DNA of 63,089 bases, filler included, from 5 parts of 5 records of this genome joined end to end with filler, not necessarily neighbours in it; one strand, 5' to 3'. Numbered from the whole stretch's first letter, positions 8,766-18,944 are shown. Notes: generated from the letters alone by a model not told the origin. Program-made: numbers and translations.

Positions 8766-11579
8766 TTAACTGTTAATATCCCAGCCAATACTCAAGAGTA
8801 TTTGACGCGGTGTTGAATAATTTGTCGGAGCATAAAGATAATCCTCAAGTGAATGCACACCTGAATCAGGATATTTAACCGCAGGATCACCTACATATGT
8901 AGGTGTTAGAGTATATCCTGAACGACCCGTATCGGTAAATACGTATCTTTCATTAGCAGTATCCAACAGATTGTATATTTTCAAGTTAACACTTACGCGT
9001 TGCTTGCCGATATTGAAGTATTTATATGCTTTAAAATCAATGGTAAATTCAGATAATTTTCTATCTGAGTTCTCTTCCGCATCTCGTTGTCCCTGTACTG
9101 TCGGAGTATAGGGTTTACCTGTTGAGAATCTACCGAGAATACCAATTCCCATATCAGCCATGGGTGTGATCGTCAGGTTACCGTTGATGGTATGACGAAC
9201 ATCCCAGTCAAGCGGAACAACCTTGGTTTCACTTTCGACATTGTTCAATGCATCATAGTACTTGGCATCAGGAGAAGATGCGTTACCTTCAGCTATCTGA
9301 TAAGTATAATCGGCATTGAATGTTAACATCTGGCCGCCGCGTTGCGTAAGGGCAAATGTAATTCCCCGGACATTACCGTAATCTTCCGTGATATAGCGTG
9401 TATATTTGTAAGTATTGTCAACAAAGTTATATTCTGTAGACAGCCAGTTCAAAATATCGCGATAGAAGATCGTCAGATCAATAGCTGTTGAATTGGATAG
9501 CTGTTGCTGAAGTCCCAATTCATACATAACCGTTTTCTGCGGTTCGATATCGGGGTTTCCAAAACGTGATACGCTTGCGCCCTGTTTCAACAGAGGGTTC
9601 GTATACAGATAATGGAATGAAGGCATCTGGAAAAAGTGTCCGTATGAGAAGTGAATAAATCCCTGATCCGTGATCGGGAAAGAAACACCCAAACGGGGAC
9701 TAAGCTGATGCTTGGCTGTAGCATCCGTCGTATCTCTTGTAAGAGGATCAATACAGACGGTATTTGCATTGAAGTAGTCGTAACGCAAACCGGCTTGAAT
9801 AATAATATCTTTTACCTCGATCTTATCCTGTACATATGCTGAGAAATCGATAGGATTATGTGTATAATAATCATGGTTTGCTACACGGGCATTCTGAATA
9901 AAAGGCGGAATGCTTTCATCCTGTTCACTCATTTGCAGAATAGAACTGTTGCGATGGCGTTCGTAAGCATTAAACTCAAATCCTGTCCGGATCTGATTTT
10001 CACGGTTGACCTGTGAAGTAAAATCAAATTTTACTGTGTGGGAATTATCTTCAGATATATAATAACCCATGCTTTGGCCACCATAATAGAAATGGTAAGC
10101 AGGTACATCGGTTCTGCCGTTATCCTGTACATAGTAAGGAACGTCAACGGTTGAATCACCGACATTTACACTGTACCAGGTATCATTGGGAATAAATGAA
10201 CCGTATTCATTAATAAAGTCCCAATCAACCGAAAGGTCTGTATCAAGAACGCCGTTTCCATTAAGATCTTCCGAAACGTTCAATCCGGGAATGATATCAA
10301 TTTCACCGTTCCCGTTAATATCTTCATTCAGTGAGAATGGGATATCGATCTTGTTAACATATTGTTCGGAATGACTTGATTTATAAGAATATTTCAAAGT
10401 GAAATACGTTTTTTCATTTACTGTTTGGGTTAAATGCAGAGCATGCATCATATCATTTGAATGATATTGATACCTGCCGTCAGGTGCATACTTCCACCTG
10501 TGCACGTAATTCTGCCAATCGCTGAAATCACCGATAAATTGATACATTATTTTGGTGTTTTGCAGCGGTTTAAAAGCGAATTTAGCCATGATCTTTTCTG
10601 AATTGCTGGTATTCATCGGAACATACGAACTATCACCTGTCATGAGAATATCGGCAGTGTTACTGCCCAAAGTAGCATAATCGTATGTTGTGTGTTCTTG
10701 AATTCCATATCGCCATCCCAGATTGTTCCGGAATGTACCTGTAATAAAAAATGAGCCTTCAGGCAAGAAAGATATCGGACCGCTTAAATCGAGATCATAA
10801 CGCTGGAAAGTGAAAGGATTAAATTCGCTCCCCTTAGTATATGTCTCGTTCCAGGTCAACATATCTCCCAGCTGAGCTGTTACCTTTGCTTTGAATTTTT
10901 TTGCACCTTCTTTTGTGGCAATATTTACGATACCGCTCATAGCTTTACCGTATTCCGCGTTGAAGGTACCAGAGATCAAAGTCAACTCTGAAATAACATT
11001 CGTAGATAGCGAAAGGCCCAGATCGGCGGAAACGGGAATACCGTCCACCATGTAGGTTACTTCGCTTGAGCGTCCACCCCTGACGTGAAGTTTACCATCG
11101 GAACCCTGTGTAACTCCCGCCTGTGTTGCCAAGAGCCCGGTAAATGATTCCACCGGCATGGCTTCGAGTTCATCTTCAGAAATACTCGATTCAGATGAGG
11201 TCAGTCCTTTTTGGATCAGCTCTTTTTGAGCGACAACAACGACTTCTTCACCTTCGATCACCGAGGATTCCATGTTGATATCAATATTTGTCGTATGGTC
11301 GACCGACACCCTAATATCCTTGATCCTGAAGGTTTTATAACCCATCGATGTTGCAACGACTTCATATAATCCGGGGGAGACGTTCAGGATCGTGAAATAT
11401 CCCTCAACATCAGTCGCTGCACCCATGGAGGTTCCTGCCAGCATAACATTGACACCGATCAAAGGATCGCCTGTGTCATTATCCATGACAAGACCTGAGA
11501 TTTTACCGGCGGTACCGGCAAAAGCCACGGATATCATGGTTAAGATCGCAAATATTAATACAAACAACTTCCTTTGCAT
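8766..11579 (-). CDS. TonB-dependent receptor with N-terminal carboxypeptidase-regulatory-like domain
   Basis: Likely start MQRKLF at 11579; GKISGLVMD..GDPLIGVNV; plug HVRGGRSSEVTYMVDG, GTFNAEYG; barrel GLRYDY, SPRLG, GNPDIEP, NLLD, PRQILL. Confidence 0.93.
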   Translation of the reverse strand: MQRKLFVLIFAILTMISVAFAGTAGKISGLVMDNDTGDPLIGVNVMLAGTSMGAATDVEGYFTILNVSPGLYEVVATSMGYKTFRIKDIRVSVDHTTNIDINMESSVIEGEEVVVVAQKELIQKGLTSSESSISEDELEAMPVESFTGLLATQAGVTQGSDGKLHVRGGRSSEVTYMVDGIPVSADLGLSLSTNVISELTLISGTFNAEYGKAMSGIVNIATKEGAKKFKAKVTAQLGDMLTWNETYTKGSEFNPFTFQRYDLDLSGPISFLPEGSFFITGTFRNNLGWRYGIQEHTTYDYATLGSNTADILMTGDSSYVPMNTSNSEKIMAKFAFKPLQNTKIMYQFIGDFSDWQNYVHRWKYAPDGRYQYHSNDMMHALHLTQTVNEKTYFTLKYSYKSSHSEQYVNKIDIPFSLNEDINGNGEIDIIPGLNVSEDLNGNGVLDTDLSVDWDFINEYGSFIPNDTWYSVNVGDSTVDVPYYVQDNGRTDVPAYHFYYGGQSMGYYISEDNSHTVKFDFTSQVNRENQIRTGFEFNAYERHRNSSILQMSEQDESIPPFIQNARVANHDYYTHNPIDFSAYVQDKIEVKDIIIQAGLRYDYFNANTVCIDPLTRDTTDATAKHQLSPRLGVSFPITDQGFIHFSYGHFFQMPSFHYLYTNPLLKQGASVSRFGNPDIEPQKTVMYELGLQQQLSNSTAIDLTIFYRDILNWLSTEYNFVDNTYKYTRYITEDYGNVRGITFALTQRGGQMLTFNADYTYQIAEGNASSPDAKYYDALNNVESETKVVPLDWDVRHTINGNLTITPMADMGIGILGRFSTGKPYTPTVQGQRDAEENSDRKLSEFTIDFKAYKYFNIGKQRVSVNLKIYNLLDTANERYVFTDTGRSGYTLTPTYVGDPAVKYPDSGVHSLEDYLYAPTNYSTPRQILLSIGWDINS

Positions 11580-11616
11580 TACTATTCCTTTTTCTAACAA
11601 GTGAATCATAAGGCAA

Positions 11617-11647
11617 AAAAAAGGGAGAGGAAAACCTCTCCCCTTTT
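11617..11647 (-). terminator. Intrinsic terminator/attenuator between the FG-GAP gene and the TonB-dependent receptor gene
   Basis: AAAAGGGAGAGG-AAAA-CCTCTCCCTTTT hairpin, T-tract on the minus strand. Confidence 0.75.
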
Positions 11648-11659
11648 AAATACTTATAA

Positions 11660-13486
11660 TTATTTCAGCAAGGTCACTTTATGTGATTTTGTGAAATTAC
11701 CATATTCCAGTGTATAAACATAAACACCGGTTGACAGAGGTGCACCACTCATATCGCTTGCATTCCAAACGATATTATGTGTACCTGCTTCCATTCTTTG
11801 ATTATCTACAAGAATGCTGACGAGTTCACCGCGAAGGTTGTATACCTTAAGTGAGATCTCTTTAGCAATTGGTAGAGAATAAGAAATAGATGTGGTCGGG
11901 TTGAAAGGATTCGGATATGCTGCATTCAATTTGAAGTCATTAGGTGTAATGACAACAGGATCGATAGCTACAACTGCACCCAATTCATCATCACCAAATT
12001 CGATGATACGAATAGGTGACCAATAAGGATTAGCTACATAATTTGTATCTGTACCAACAACCTGATAAACGGAATCTTTTTCGCTCTGGTAACATGCGAT
12101 TACTTCCATATAACCATCATTGTCAATATCAGTTAAATGATCTACGAATTTTGTTGCAGTTCCGGCAACAGAAGTATAATACATGTTAGTATCTTGTTCA
12201 ATTGATTTATATACTTCCCAGGATGTACCATCCCAAATATTAATATCACCAACAGAAGCGCTACCGCCCATGATCAATTCGTTATTACCATCACCATCGA
12301 TATCACCTACAACACCACCTGACCATGAACCTGGATCGCCTTCACCATCATTGATAATAGTATATTCGGTTGTATCAAAGTTTGTTGCATCACCATTCAG
12401 ATCTTGGATCTGAAAACATTCCATTGCTCCATATGACATGTAATAAACTTCATCTTTGTCATCACCAACAACATCACCGACGACAGGTTGTAATAGACAA
12501 ACACCATCAGGAGAAGTTAGATATTGGTAAGTTGTATCACCAAATGAATATGAATCTGCTCCGGTAGCTTCTACAAAGAATAAATTGTTATAATTCCATG
12601 CGAAACAAGCAATTTCCTTAAGGCCATCACCATCAATGTCACATACTTCAACTGCGACTGCTGAACCACCACCTAATACTCTACCACCGGTGGAGTAAAG
12701 ATCTCTACCAAAAGCAGGATCATCTTTGTCCAGACCTAAAACACCCATGTCGATATCACGTGCTGATGTAATAAATTCACAGTTTAAGCGACCAAATCCT
12801 TGAAGATCATCTGTAGCTGAAAGAACTGCGAAATAATCTTCTGAGTGACCGTAAGCTGTGGTATCAGTTGCTGTAGTATCAATATAATCAGTGTAGTATG
12901 AACCACCATTACTTGCGTAAATGATCTCATCAAAACCATCAGCATCAACATCTCTTACTACAAAGTGTTCAACTTTGGTCTGTACTAAATTAGTACCAAC
13001 ACCATTAAAGTTGAAAAGTGCACTCAAATCATCCAGATGATAGAATTTTACAGGTTTGAAGGTATTGTCAGTATCGATTTCATAAATATACAGACCAGCT
13101 CCAGCTGTTGAAGCATCACGACCTCTAAAGAAAATAACTTCGCCTGCACCGTCACCATCAATGTCACCGGTTTGTACAAAACGGGTACCTGATGAGTATA
13201 AATCACCACCATCGGCTGTGTCTGAACGCCAGAAATACTCTAAGGTATCACCACCGATAGCTTCAAAACCAACTACACAGTTTCCGTGATCATAATTTGT
13301 TGCATAAAACTCAAGGTATCCATCACCATCAAGGTCAACACCTCCAGCTATACCACGAGATGAACTCGAGGCATCACTCCATATTTTTGCCGGATCATTT
13401 ACACCAGATACCGCCGTAGCGTCATCCTGAGCAAATGCTACAACAAAAAGAGAGAGTGCAAGTACAATAACAAGTACTTTTTTCAT
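11660..13486 (-). CDS. Secreted FG-GAP/VCBS-like repeat protein with T9SS type-A/FlgD-like C-terminal sorting domain
   Basis: Signal peptide; about seven DxDGDG.xE repeats; C-terminus AYPNPFNPTTSISY...LKVYNLRGE...GVYVY...KVTLLK. Confidence 0.85.
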   Translation of the reverse strand: MKKVLVIVLALSLFVVAFAQDDATAVSGVNDPAKIWSDASSSSRGIAGGVDLDGDGYLEFYATNYDHGNCVVGFEAIGGDTLEYFWRSDTADGGDLYSSGTRFVQTGDIDGDGAGEVIFFRGRDASTAGAGLYIYEIDTDNTFKPVKFYHLDDLSALFNFNGVGTNLVQTKVEHFVVRDVDADGFDEIIYASNGGSYYTDYIDTTATDTTAYGHSEDYFAVLSATDDLQGFGRLNCEFITSARDIDMGVLGLDKDDPAFGRDLYSTGGRVLGGGSAVAVEVCDIDGDGLKEIACFAWNYNNLFFVEATGADSYSFGDTTYQYLTSPDGVCLLQPVVGDVVGDDKDEVYYMSYGAMECFQIQDLNGDATNFDTTEYTIINDGEGDPGSWSGGVVGDIDGDGNNELIMGGSASVGDINIWDGTSWEVYKSIEQDTNMYYTSVAGTATKFVDHLTDIDNDGYMEVIACYQSEKDSVYQVVGTDTNYVANPYWSPIRIIEFGDDELGAVVAIDPVVITPNDFKLNAAYPNPFNPTTSISYSLPIAKEISLKVYNLRGELVSILVDNQRMEAGTHNIVWNASDMSGAPLSTGVYVYTLEYGNFTKSHKVTLLK

Positions 13487-13654
13487 TTTAAATCTCCTTT
13501 TTAATTAGCTCGAAACTTTTTTCGATTAAACAAGGCAAAAAGTTACCAAAAGAATTTTCGTTGTGCAAATGTTTTTAATCAAATAAAATTATTATTGAGT
13601 TAAGTTGAGATTTAGGTTTAGGATGCATGGAAGAAGTTGATTTATTGATAACCA

Positions 13655-13682
13655 GGAGTCGGGAGTCTGGAGTCGGGAGTCA
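13655..13682. repeat. Heptamer tandem repeat GGAGTCN x4
   Basis: ggagtcg ggagtct ggagtcg ggagtca. Confidence 0.75.
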
Positions 13683-13736
13683 GTTAGTAGCGGGTGACGA
13701 AATTACACAGATCAATCCTTAAACAAAGACACATAT

Positions 13737-13859
13737 GTCATCCCGGACCGGACGAAGCTATCAGCGAAGTCTGGATCCGGGATCTAAATTATTGCATCAC
13801 ACGTAATTCTTATCGTTAATAAATAAGATTCCGGAAACCCCAAGGGGTTCCGGGATGAC
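13737..13859. repeat. REPIN-like element (two inverted REP units)
   Basis: Terminal inverted repeat GTCATCCCGGA (13737-13747) / TCCGGGATGAC (13849-13859); each half has an internal hairpin. Confidence 0.7.
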
Positions 13860-13885
13860 TTGCATTTTTTGGTATTAAAGAAAGA

Positions 13886-13909
13886 GGGCTCGACATGTCG
13901 AGCCCCTAC
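13886..13909. repeat. GTAG-family REP palindrome
   Basis: Perfect 20-bp palindrome GGGCTCGACATGTCGAGCCC followed by CTAC. Confidence 0.65.
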
Positions 13910-13933
13910 GTTTTACATTTTACGTCTTACGTC

Positions 13934-16900
13934 TCACGTCTTATATTCATCCCAGCTTTTGATCTTCAGGGAATCTATATCCGTTTTTGACAAAGCTTCA
14001 AACAGGCGCATAGCGACCTGGCGGTTTGTGATCAGCGGAACGGCATAATCTACAGCTGCACGACGAATGGTATAATCGTTGGTCAGTTCGTCTTCATTGT
14101 AGTTCTTGGGAATGTTCACAACCAGATCGATCTTACCTTCTTTAAGGTATTCGACCACATCGGGCTTCTCTTCATCCAAGGGCCAGTTCAGCTTTAAACT
14201 AGGGACATCATGTTTGACCAGGAATTCCTGGGTTCCACCGGTAGCAAAAATAATGATTCCCATATCGGATAACATTTTAATACTGGGTAACATTTCCGCT
14301 TTTGATTCTGTGGGACCCGAGGAGATCAGCACAGAGGTGACCGGAAATTTAAATCCGACCGAAATAAGCGCTTTGATATATGCTTCATGGAAATTATCTC
14401 CCAAACATGCCACTTCCCCGGTTGAGGACATTTCCACACCCGTTGCAGGGTCCGCGCCTCTGAGGCGTGTAAATGAAAATTGCGGAGCTTTTACGGATAC
14501 ATATTCATAATCGTAAAGCGGTATCCTCACTTTTTCTTGTTTCTCACCCAGAATGACTTTGGTAGCAACTTCGATGAAGTTCTTATTCAAGGTCTTTGAG
14601 ACAAAGGGGAAAGATCGTGAAGCACGCAGGTTACATTCGATCACACGGACTTCATTATTCTTGGCGATATACTGAATATTCAAAGGACCGTTAATATTGA
14701 GTTCTTTTGCGATCTTGGCAGATGTCTTACGGATCTGGCGTTCCGTCTCGAAATAGGTACGCTGTGGAGGTAATACTAAGGTAGCATCACCCGAGTGCGT
14801 ACCGGCATTTTCAACGTGCTCGGAGATGGCATAGCAAATGATCTCTCCATCCTGAGCCACCGCATCGAACTCAAGCTCTTTTGCGTTTTCATAAAATTTA
14901 GAAATGACAACCGGATATTCTTTTGACACATCAGCGGCAGCAAGCAAGAAACCTTTCAATTCAAGATCACCGGTAGCAACTGCCATGGCAGCACCGGAAA
15001 GCACATAAGAAGGTCTTACAAGCACCGGATATCCGACATCATTGGCAAATTTCAAAGCCGATTTGGTATCGGTCAGGGCTTTCCATTCAGGCTGCATAAC
15101 CTCAAGATCATCCAGCATAGCGGAAAATTTGGAACGGTTTTCTGCCCGATCAATATTTTCCGTGGTCGTGCCCAGGATCCGCAATCCATTCTCATTCAAT
15201 CTCACAGCAAGATTGTTCGGGATCTGGCCACCCATGGAAAGGATGAATCCTTCCGGATCGACCTTATTATAGATCTCACGGACCGTTTCAAATGTCAGTT
15301 CTTCAAAGAACAAGGCATCAAATTCATCATAATCTGTAGATACCGTTTCTGGATTGCAATTGATCATGATGGAGGTTTTGCCGCTTTCACGCACGGTCTT
15401 GCCTGCGATCACACAGCACCAATCGAATTCCACCGACGAGCCGATTCTATATGGACCACCGCCCAGAATGATGGCAGCGTCCGGATGCTTTTCATTGTAA
15501 TCGTCTTCGATACCTTCATAGGTAAGGTATAAATAATTCGTTTTTGCTGGGTATTCCGCAGCAACCGTATCAATGCGTTTGATATGCGGATGAATGTCCG
15601 CTTTTAAACGTTGTTCATATATATCTTCTTCCGGCTTGTTTGCTACGATGGAAAGTTGCTCATCGGAGTAACCTTTCTTCTTGGCTTCAAGCAGGAGTGT
15701 ATCGTCAAGTTCTTCACCTTTGCGCAAGCGCAGGGCAATATCAACCACGTTCTTGATCTTGTGCAGGAACCATCTGTCGATCTTGGTCAGCTCATACACT
15801 CTTTCAATGCTATATCCTTGTTTAAAGGCATCAACGACGGCAAAAAGACGCTCATCGGATGGCTTGGTCAAAGAATCATCCATTGAAGAGGTCGTAAATT
15901 TCTCATTTGCGACAAGTCCTTTGGCACCCGTTCCCAGCATTCTGATAGCTTTTTGAAGCGTTTCTTCGAAGTTACGGCCTATAGCCATGACCTCGCCCAC
16001 CGATTTCATGGCAGAGCCGATGCGACGGGAAACATTCCTGAATTTCTTCAGATCCCAGCGCGGCATCTTGACCACAATATAATCCAGCGCCGGTTCAAAG
16101 AAAGCGGATGTATCGGTGATGGCATTGGACAGTTCATGCAGTCCGTAACCCATACCCAGTTTAGCGGCAATAAAGGCCAGCGGATAACCTGTGGCTTTTG
16201 ATGCCAAGGCAGATGAGCGGGACAAACGCGCATTCACTTCGATCACACGGTATTCTTCAGAAAAAGGATCCAGAGCGTACTGAATATTACATTCACCAAC
16301 GACGCCAAGGTGACGGATCACACGGATACCGATCTCGCGCAGTTTGTGATATTCGCTATTTGATAAAGTTTGCGATGGAGCCACCACGATACTTTCACCG
16401 GTATGAATACCCAGCGGATCGACGTTCTCCATGTTACAGACGGTAATACAGTTGTCATATTTATCGCGGACGACCTCGTACTCCACTTCTTTCCAGCCAC
16501 CCAGCCATTCTTCGATAAGGATCTGGGATGTGTAGGTAAAAGCTTTTGTAGCACGATCGACCAATTGTTTTTCATCTTTACAAACACCGCTGCCAAGTCC
16601 ACCCAATGCATACGCGATACGCATCATAACCGGATATCCGATCTCTTCAGCAAAAGCCTTTGCTTCTTCAACCGAATTCACTGCCTGGCTTTTGGGATAA
16701 TGAACGTCAATTTCATCCAGGGCTTCGTTGAATTTTTCACGATCTTCCGTGTTTCTGATCGTTTCCACCGGCGTACCAAGTACTTTGACACCGTGTTTTT
16801 TTAAAATGCCGTTGTCATAGAGTTCAAGTCCGCAGTTCAAGGCCGTCTGGCCGCCGAAACTCAGCAAAATGCCATCCGGTTTTTCTTTTTTAAGGATCTT

Positions 16901-17119
16901 CTCAACAAAATCCACCGTGACCGGCAGTAAATAAACTTTATCCGCAAGATAATCGGAAGTTTGGATGGTCGCGATGTTAGGATTGATCAGGATGGTTTTA
17001 ACGCCCTCTTCCTTGAGAGCCTTAATGGCCTGAGATCCGGAATAATCAAATTCACCCGCTTCACCGATCTTGATGGCTGCGGAGCCAAGAATAACAACTT
17101 TTTTGATGCTTTTATTCAT
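13934..17119 (-). CDS. carB: Carbamoyl-phosphate synthase large subunit
   Basis: IGEAGEFDYSG, two ATP-grasp domains (IEVNARLSRSS; IECNLRASRS), IGSSVEFDW, C-terminal MGS domain. Confidence 0.98.
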   Translation of the reverse strand: MNKSIKKVVILGSAAIKIGEAGEFDYSGSQAIKALKEEGVKTILINPNIATIQTSDYLADKVYLLPVTVDFVEKILKKEKPDGILLSFGGQTALNCGLELYDNGILKKHGVKVLGTPVETIRNTEDREKFNEALDEIDVHYPKSQAVNSVEEAKAFAEEIGYPVMMRIAYALGGLGSGVCKDEKQLVDRATKAFTYTSQILIEEWLGGWKEVEYEVVRDKYDNCITVCNMENVDPLGIHTGESIVVAPSQTLSNSEYHKLREIGIRVIRHLGVVGECNIQYALDPFSEEYRVIEVNARLSRSSALASKATGYPLAFIAAKLGMGYGLHELSNAITDTSAFFEPALDYIVVKMPRWDLKKFRNVSRRIGSAMKSVGEVMAIGRNFEETLQKAIRMLGTGAKGLVANEKFTTSSMDDSLTKPSDERLFAVVDAFKQGYSIERVYELTKIDRWFLHKIKNVVDIALRLRKGEELDDTLLLEAKKKGYSDEQLSIVANKPEEDIYEQRLKADIHPHIKRIDTVAAEYPAKTNYLYLTYEGIEDDYNEKHPDAAIILGGGPYRIGSSVEFDWCCVIAGKTVRESGKTSIMINCNPETVSTDYDEFDALFFEELTFETVREIYNKVDPEGFILSMGGQIPNNLAVRLNENGLRILGTTTENIDRAENRSKFSAMLDDLEVMQPEWKALTDTKSALKFANDVGYPVLVRPSYVLSGAAMAVATGDLELKGFLLAAADVSKEYPVVISKFYENAKELEFDAVAQDGEIICYAISEHVENAGTHSGDATLVLPPQRTYFETERQIRKTSAKIAKELNINGPLNIQYIAKNNEVRVIECNLRASRSFPFVSKTLNKNFIEVATKVILGEKQEKVRIPLYDYEYVSVKAPQFSFTRLRGADPATGVEMSSTGEVACLGDNFHEAYIKALISVGFKFPVTSVLISSGPTESKAEMLPSIKMLSDMGIIIFATGGTQEFLVKHDVPSLKLNWPLDEEKPDVVEYLKEGKIDLVVNIPKNYNEDELTNDYTIRRAAVDYAVPLITNRQVAMRLFEALSKTDIDSLKIKSWDEYKT

Positions 17120-17131
17120 GTTCTTCCCTGT

Positions 17132-18187
17132 TTAGAAACAGCGTTTAAATTCGTCAAAGATAAAACCCGTATCGACCGGACCCGGCATGGCTTCCGGATG
17201 GAACTGAGTAGATAAAATGGGCAGGTTTTTGTGCCAGAGGCCTTCATTCGTTCCGTCGTTCAGGTTCTCAAACCAGGAAATGAAGCCGGTTGGGATAGTC
17301 TTCATATCCACTGCATAACCGTGGTTCTGTGTGGTTACGTATGCTCTGGATGTCAGGCGGTCAATGACCGGCTGGTTCTGAGAACGGTGACCGTAGCCCA
17401 GTTTATAGGTTTTGGCGCCTGCAGTGAGGGCAAGCAGCTGATGACCCAGACAAATACCCAGCATGGGTTTTTTCTCATCCATGAAAGCTTTGATCTTATC
17501 GGACATAAAGGTGTATTGCGCCGGATCGCCCGGTCCACTGGACAGCACGATGCCATCGTATTTAATATTTGAATAATCGTAATTGTAAGGTACTTGAATG
17601 ACCTTGAATCCGCGTTTGACCACATTAGAGATAATGCTGTTTTTGCAACCGAAATCCACGAGCAGGACCGTCTTGTCCCCTTCTCCGTGTTCCACTGGTT
17701 CTTTAACGCAAACTTTTTCGATCAGCAGGTCTTTATTGGGATCATAAAAGTCCACATCTTCGTCGTTGACCACGATCTTGCCCAGCATGGTACCGCTTTC
17801 GCGAAGAACCTTGGTCAGAGCGCGGGTATCAATGCCGGCGATCCCGGGAATACCTTGTTTTTTCAGCCATTCATCCAGACTCATGTCCGCATCCCAATGG
17901 GAGTGAATGTCAGAAAGGTTTGCAATGATAAATCCAAAGGCTTGGATCTTATCGGATTCCCAATGACGTTTGCAGATATCGTCTTCTTTTTCATCCGGCA
18001 CACCATAGTTGCCGATCAGGGGATATGTGGAGGTCAGGATCTGTCCGTAATAGGACGGATCGGTCAGTGCTTCGGGATAACCAACCATCCCTGTATTAAA
18101 AACCACCTCGCCGGAGGTGGAAACAGGGGCACCGAAGGCTTTACCTTCGAAGCATAAACCATTCTCTAAGATCAGTTTTGCATTCAT
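17132..18187 (-). CDS. carA: Carbamoyl-phosphate synthase small subunit
   Basis: Real start MNAKLILENG (ATG 18187); GEVVFNTGMVGYPE, TDPSY, GICLGHQ, QNHGY, QFHPE. Confidence 0.97.
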   Translation of the reverse strand: MNAKLILENGLCFEGKAFGAPVSTSGEVVFNTGMVGYPEALTDPSYYGQILTSTYPLIGNYGVPDEKEDDICKRHWESDKIQAFGFIIANLSDIHSHWDADMSLDEWLKKQGIPGIAGIDTRALTKVLRESGTMLGKIVVNDEDVDFYDPNKDLLIEKVCVKEPVEHGEGDKTVLLVDFGCKNSIISNVVKRGFKVIQVPYNYDYSNIKYDGIVLSSGPGDPAQYTFMSDKIKAFMDEKKPMLGICLGHQLLALTAGAKTYKLGYGHRSQNQPVIDRLTSRAYVTTQNHGYAVDMKTIPTGFISWFENLNDGTNEGLWHKNLPILSTQFHPEAMPGPVDTGFIFDEFKRCF

Positions 18188-18361
18188 ATAATAACAGTCA
18201 CTTCTCTTTGATTTTGTTGATATTCCGGAATCAATACCCTCTGGTCCGGAACTTTCGATAATGTAATAAATGATTATCCTGTTTAACAGAAAAAAATCAA
18301 GAGAATAACTCAATATTTGGTTAATTTGTTGATGAAATGGAATAATTGTGAACAAAAAACA

Positions 18362-18469
18362 AGAGACGCAAGATCTTGCGTCTCTACACAACCTTCATAA
18401 TATTGAAGCAACTGTACGGGCGGGTCTTGACCCGCGCTTGCAAACGGGCGACTCGAGAGTCGCCCCTAC
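18362..18469. repeat. Cluster of GTAG-family REP palindromes at the contig end
   Basis: 24-bp palindrome AGAGACGCAAGATCTTGCGTCTCT+AC; GCGGGTC..GACCCGC; GGGCGACTC-GA-GAGTCGCCC+CTAC. Confidence 0.7.
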
Positions 18470-18474
18470 ATCAA

Positions 18475-18574
18475 NNNNNNNNNNNNNNNNNNNNNNNNNN
18501 NNNNNNNNNNNNNNNNNNTTAATTAATTAANNNNNNNNNNNNNNNNNNNNNNNNNNNNNNNNNNNNNNNNNNNN
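18475..18574. other. Artificial contig linker
   Basis: 44 N + TTAATTAATTAA + 44 N. Confidence 0.99.
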
Positions 18575-18944
18575 AAGAATTATTTAATTAAAGAATGCAA
18601 ATATAATTGCGTCTAAATTCATATTAAAGACGATTATTCGTTTCCGGCACTCCTGGCCAAAGCAATTTTAGAATTATCTTCAGCGCACAAAAAAAAGCCC
18701 GCTGCAAGCGTATAGTGCAGCGGAGCGGAACGGAGGCCGTAGCGTTAGCGAAGGTGTCTTTAGCGCGGCCTATGAAGCTATCAGAGGGGTTTAACGCGAT
18801 ACGAGGAGCGACAAGCTTTGACAGAAAGGCAATTCGCGCCCTCAAGGAATGCTTTTAAAAAGGAGAAGCCCGACACAAGGACGGGCTTCAGGGTACGGAG
18901 GGATTAGCTTGCCTTCCGGCACAATCCAGAAGGGATCTAAATTT

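Noticed and set aside
18188-18391. 68-aa N-terminal extension of CarA in the ORF track
   Set aside because: Runs through promoter and REP DNA; CarA homology begins at MNAKLILENG (18187).
18475-18574. TTAATTAATTAA palindrome in N runs (four occurrences)
   Set aside because: Artificial six-frame-stop linker; ORFs running into it and adjacency across it are artefacts.
18624-18845. 73-aa minus-strand ORF
   Set aside because: TTG start, no clear RBS, and it crosses a terminator hairpin; more likely non-coding.
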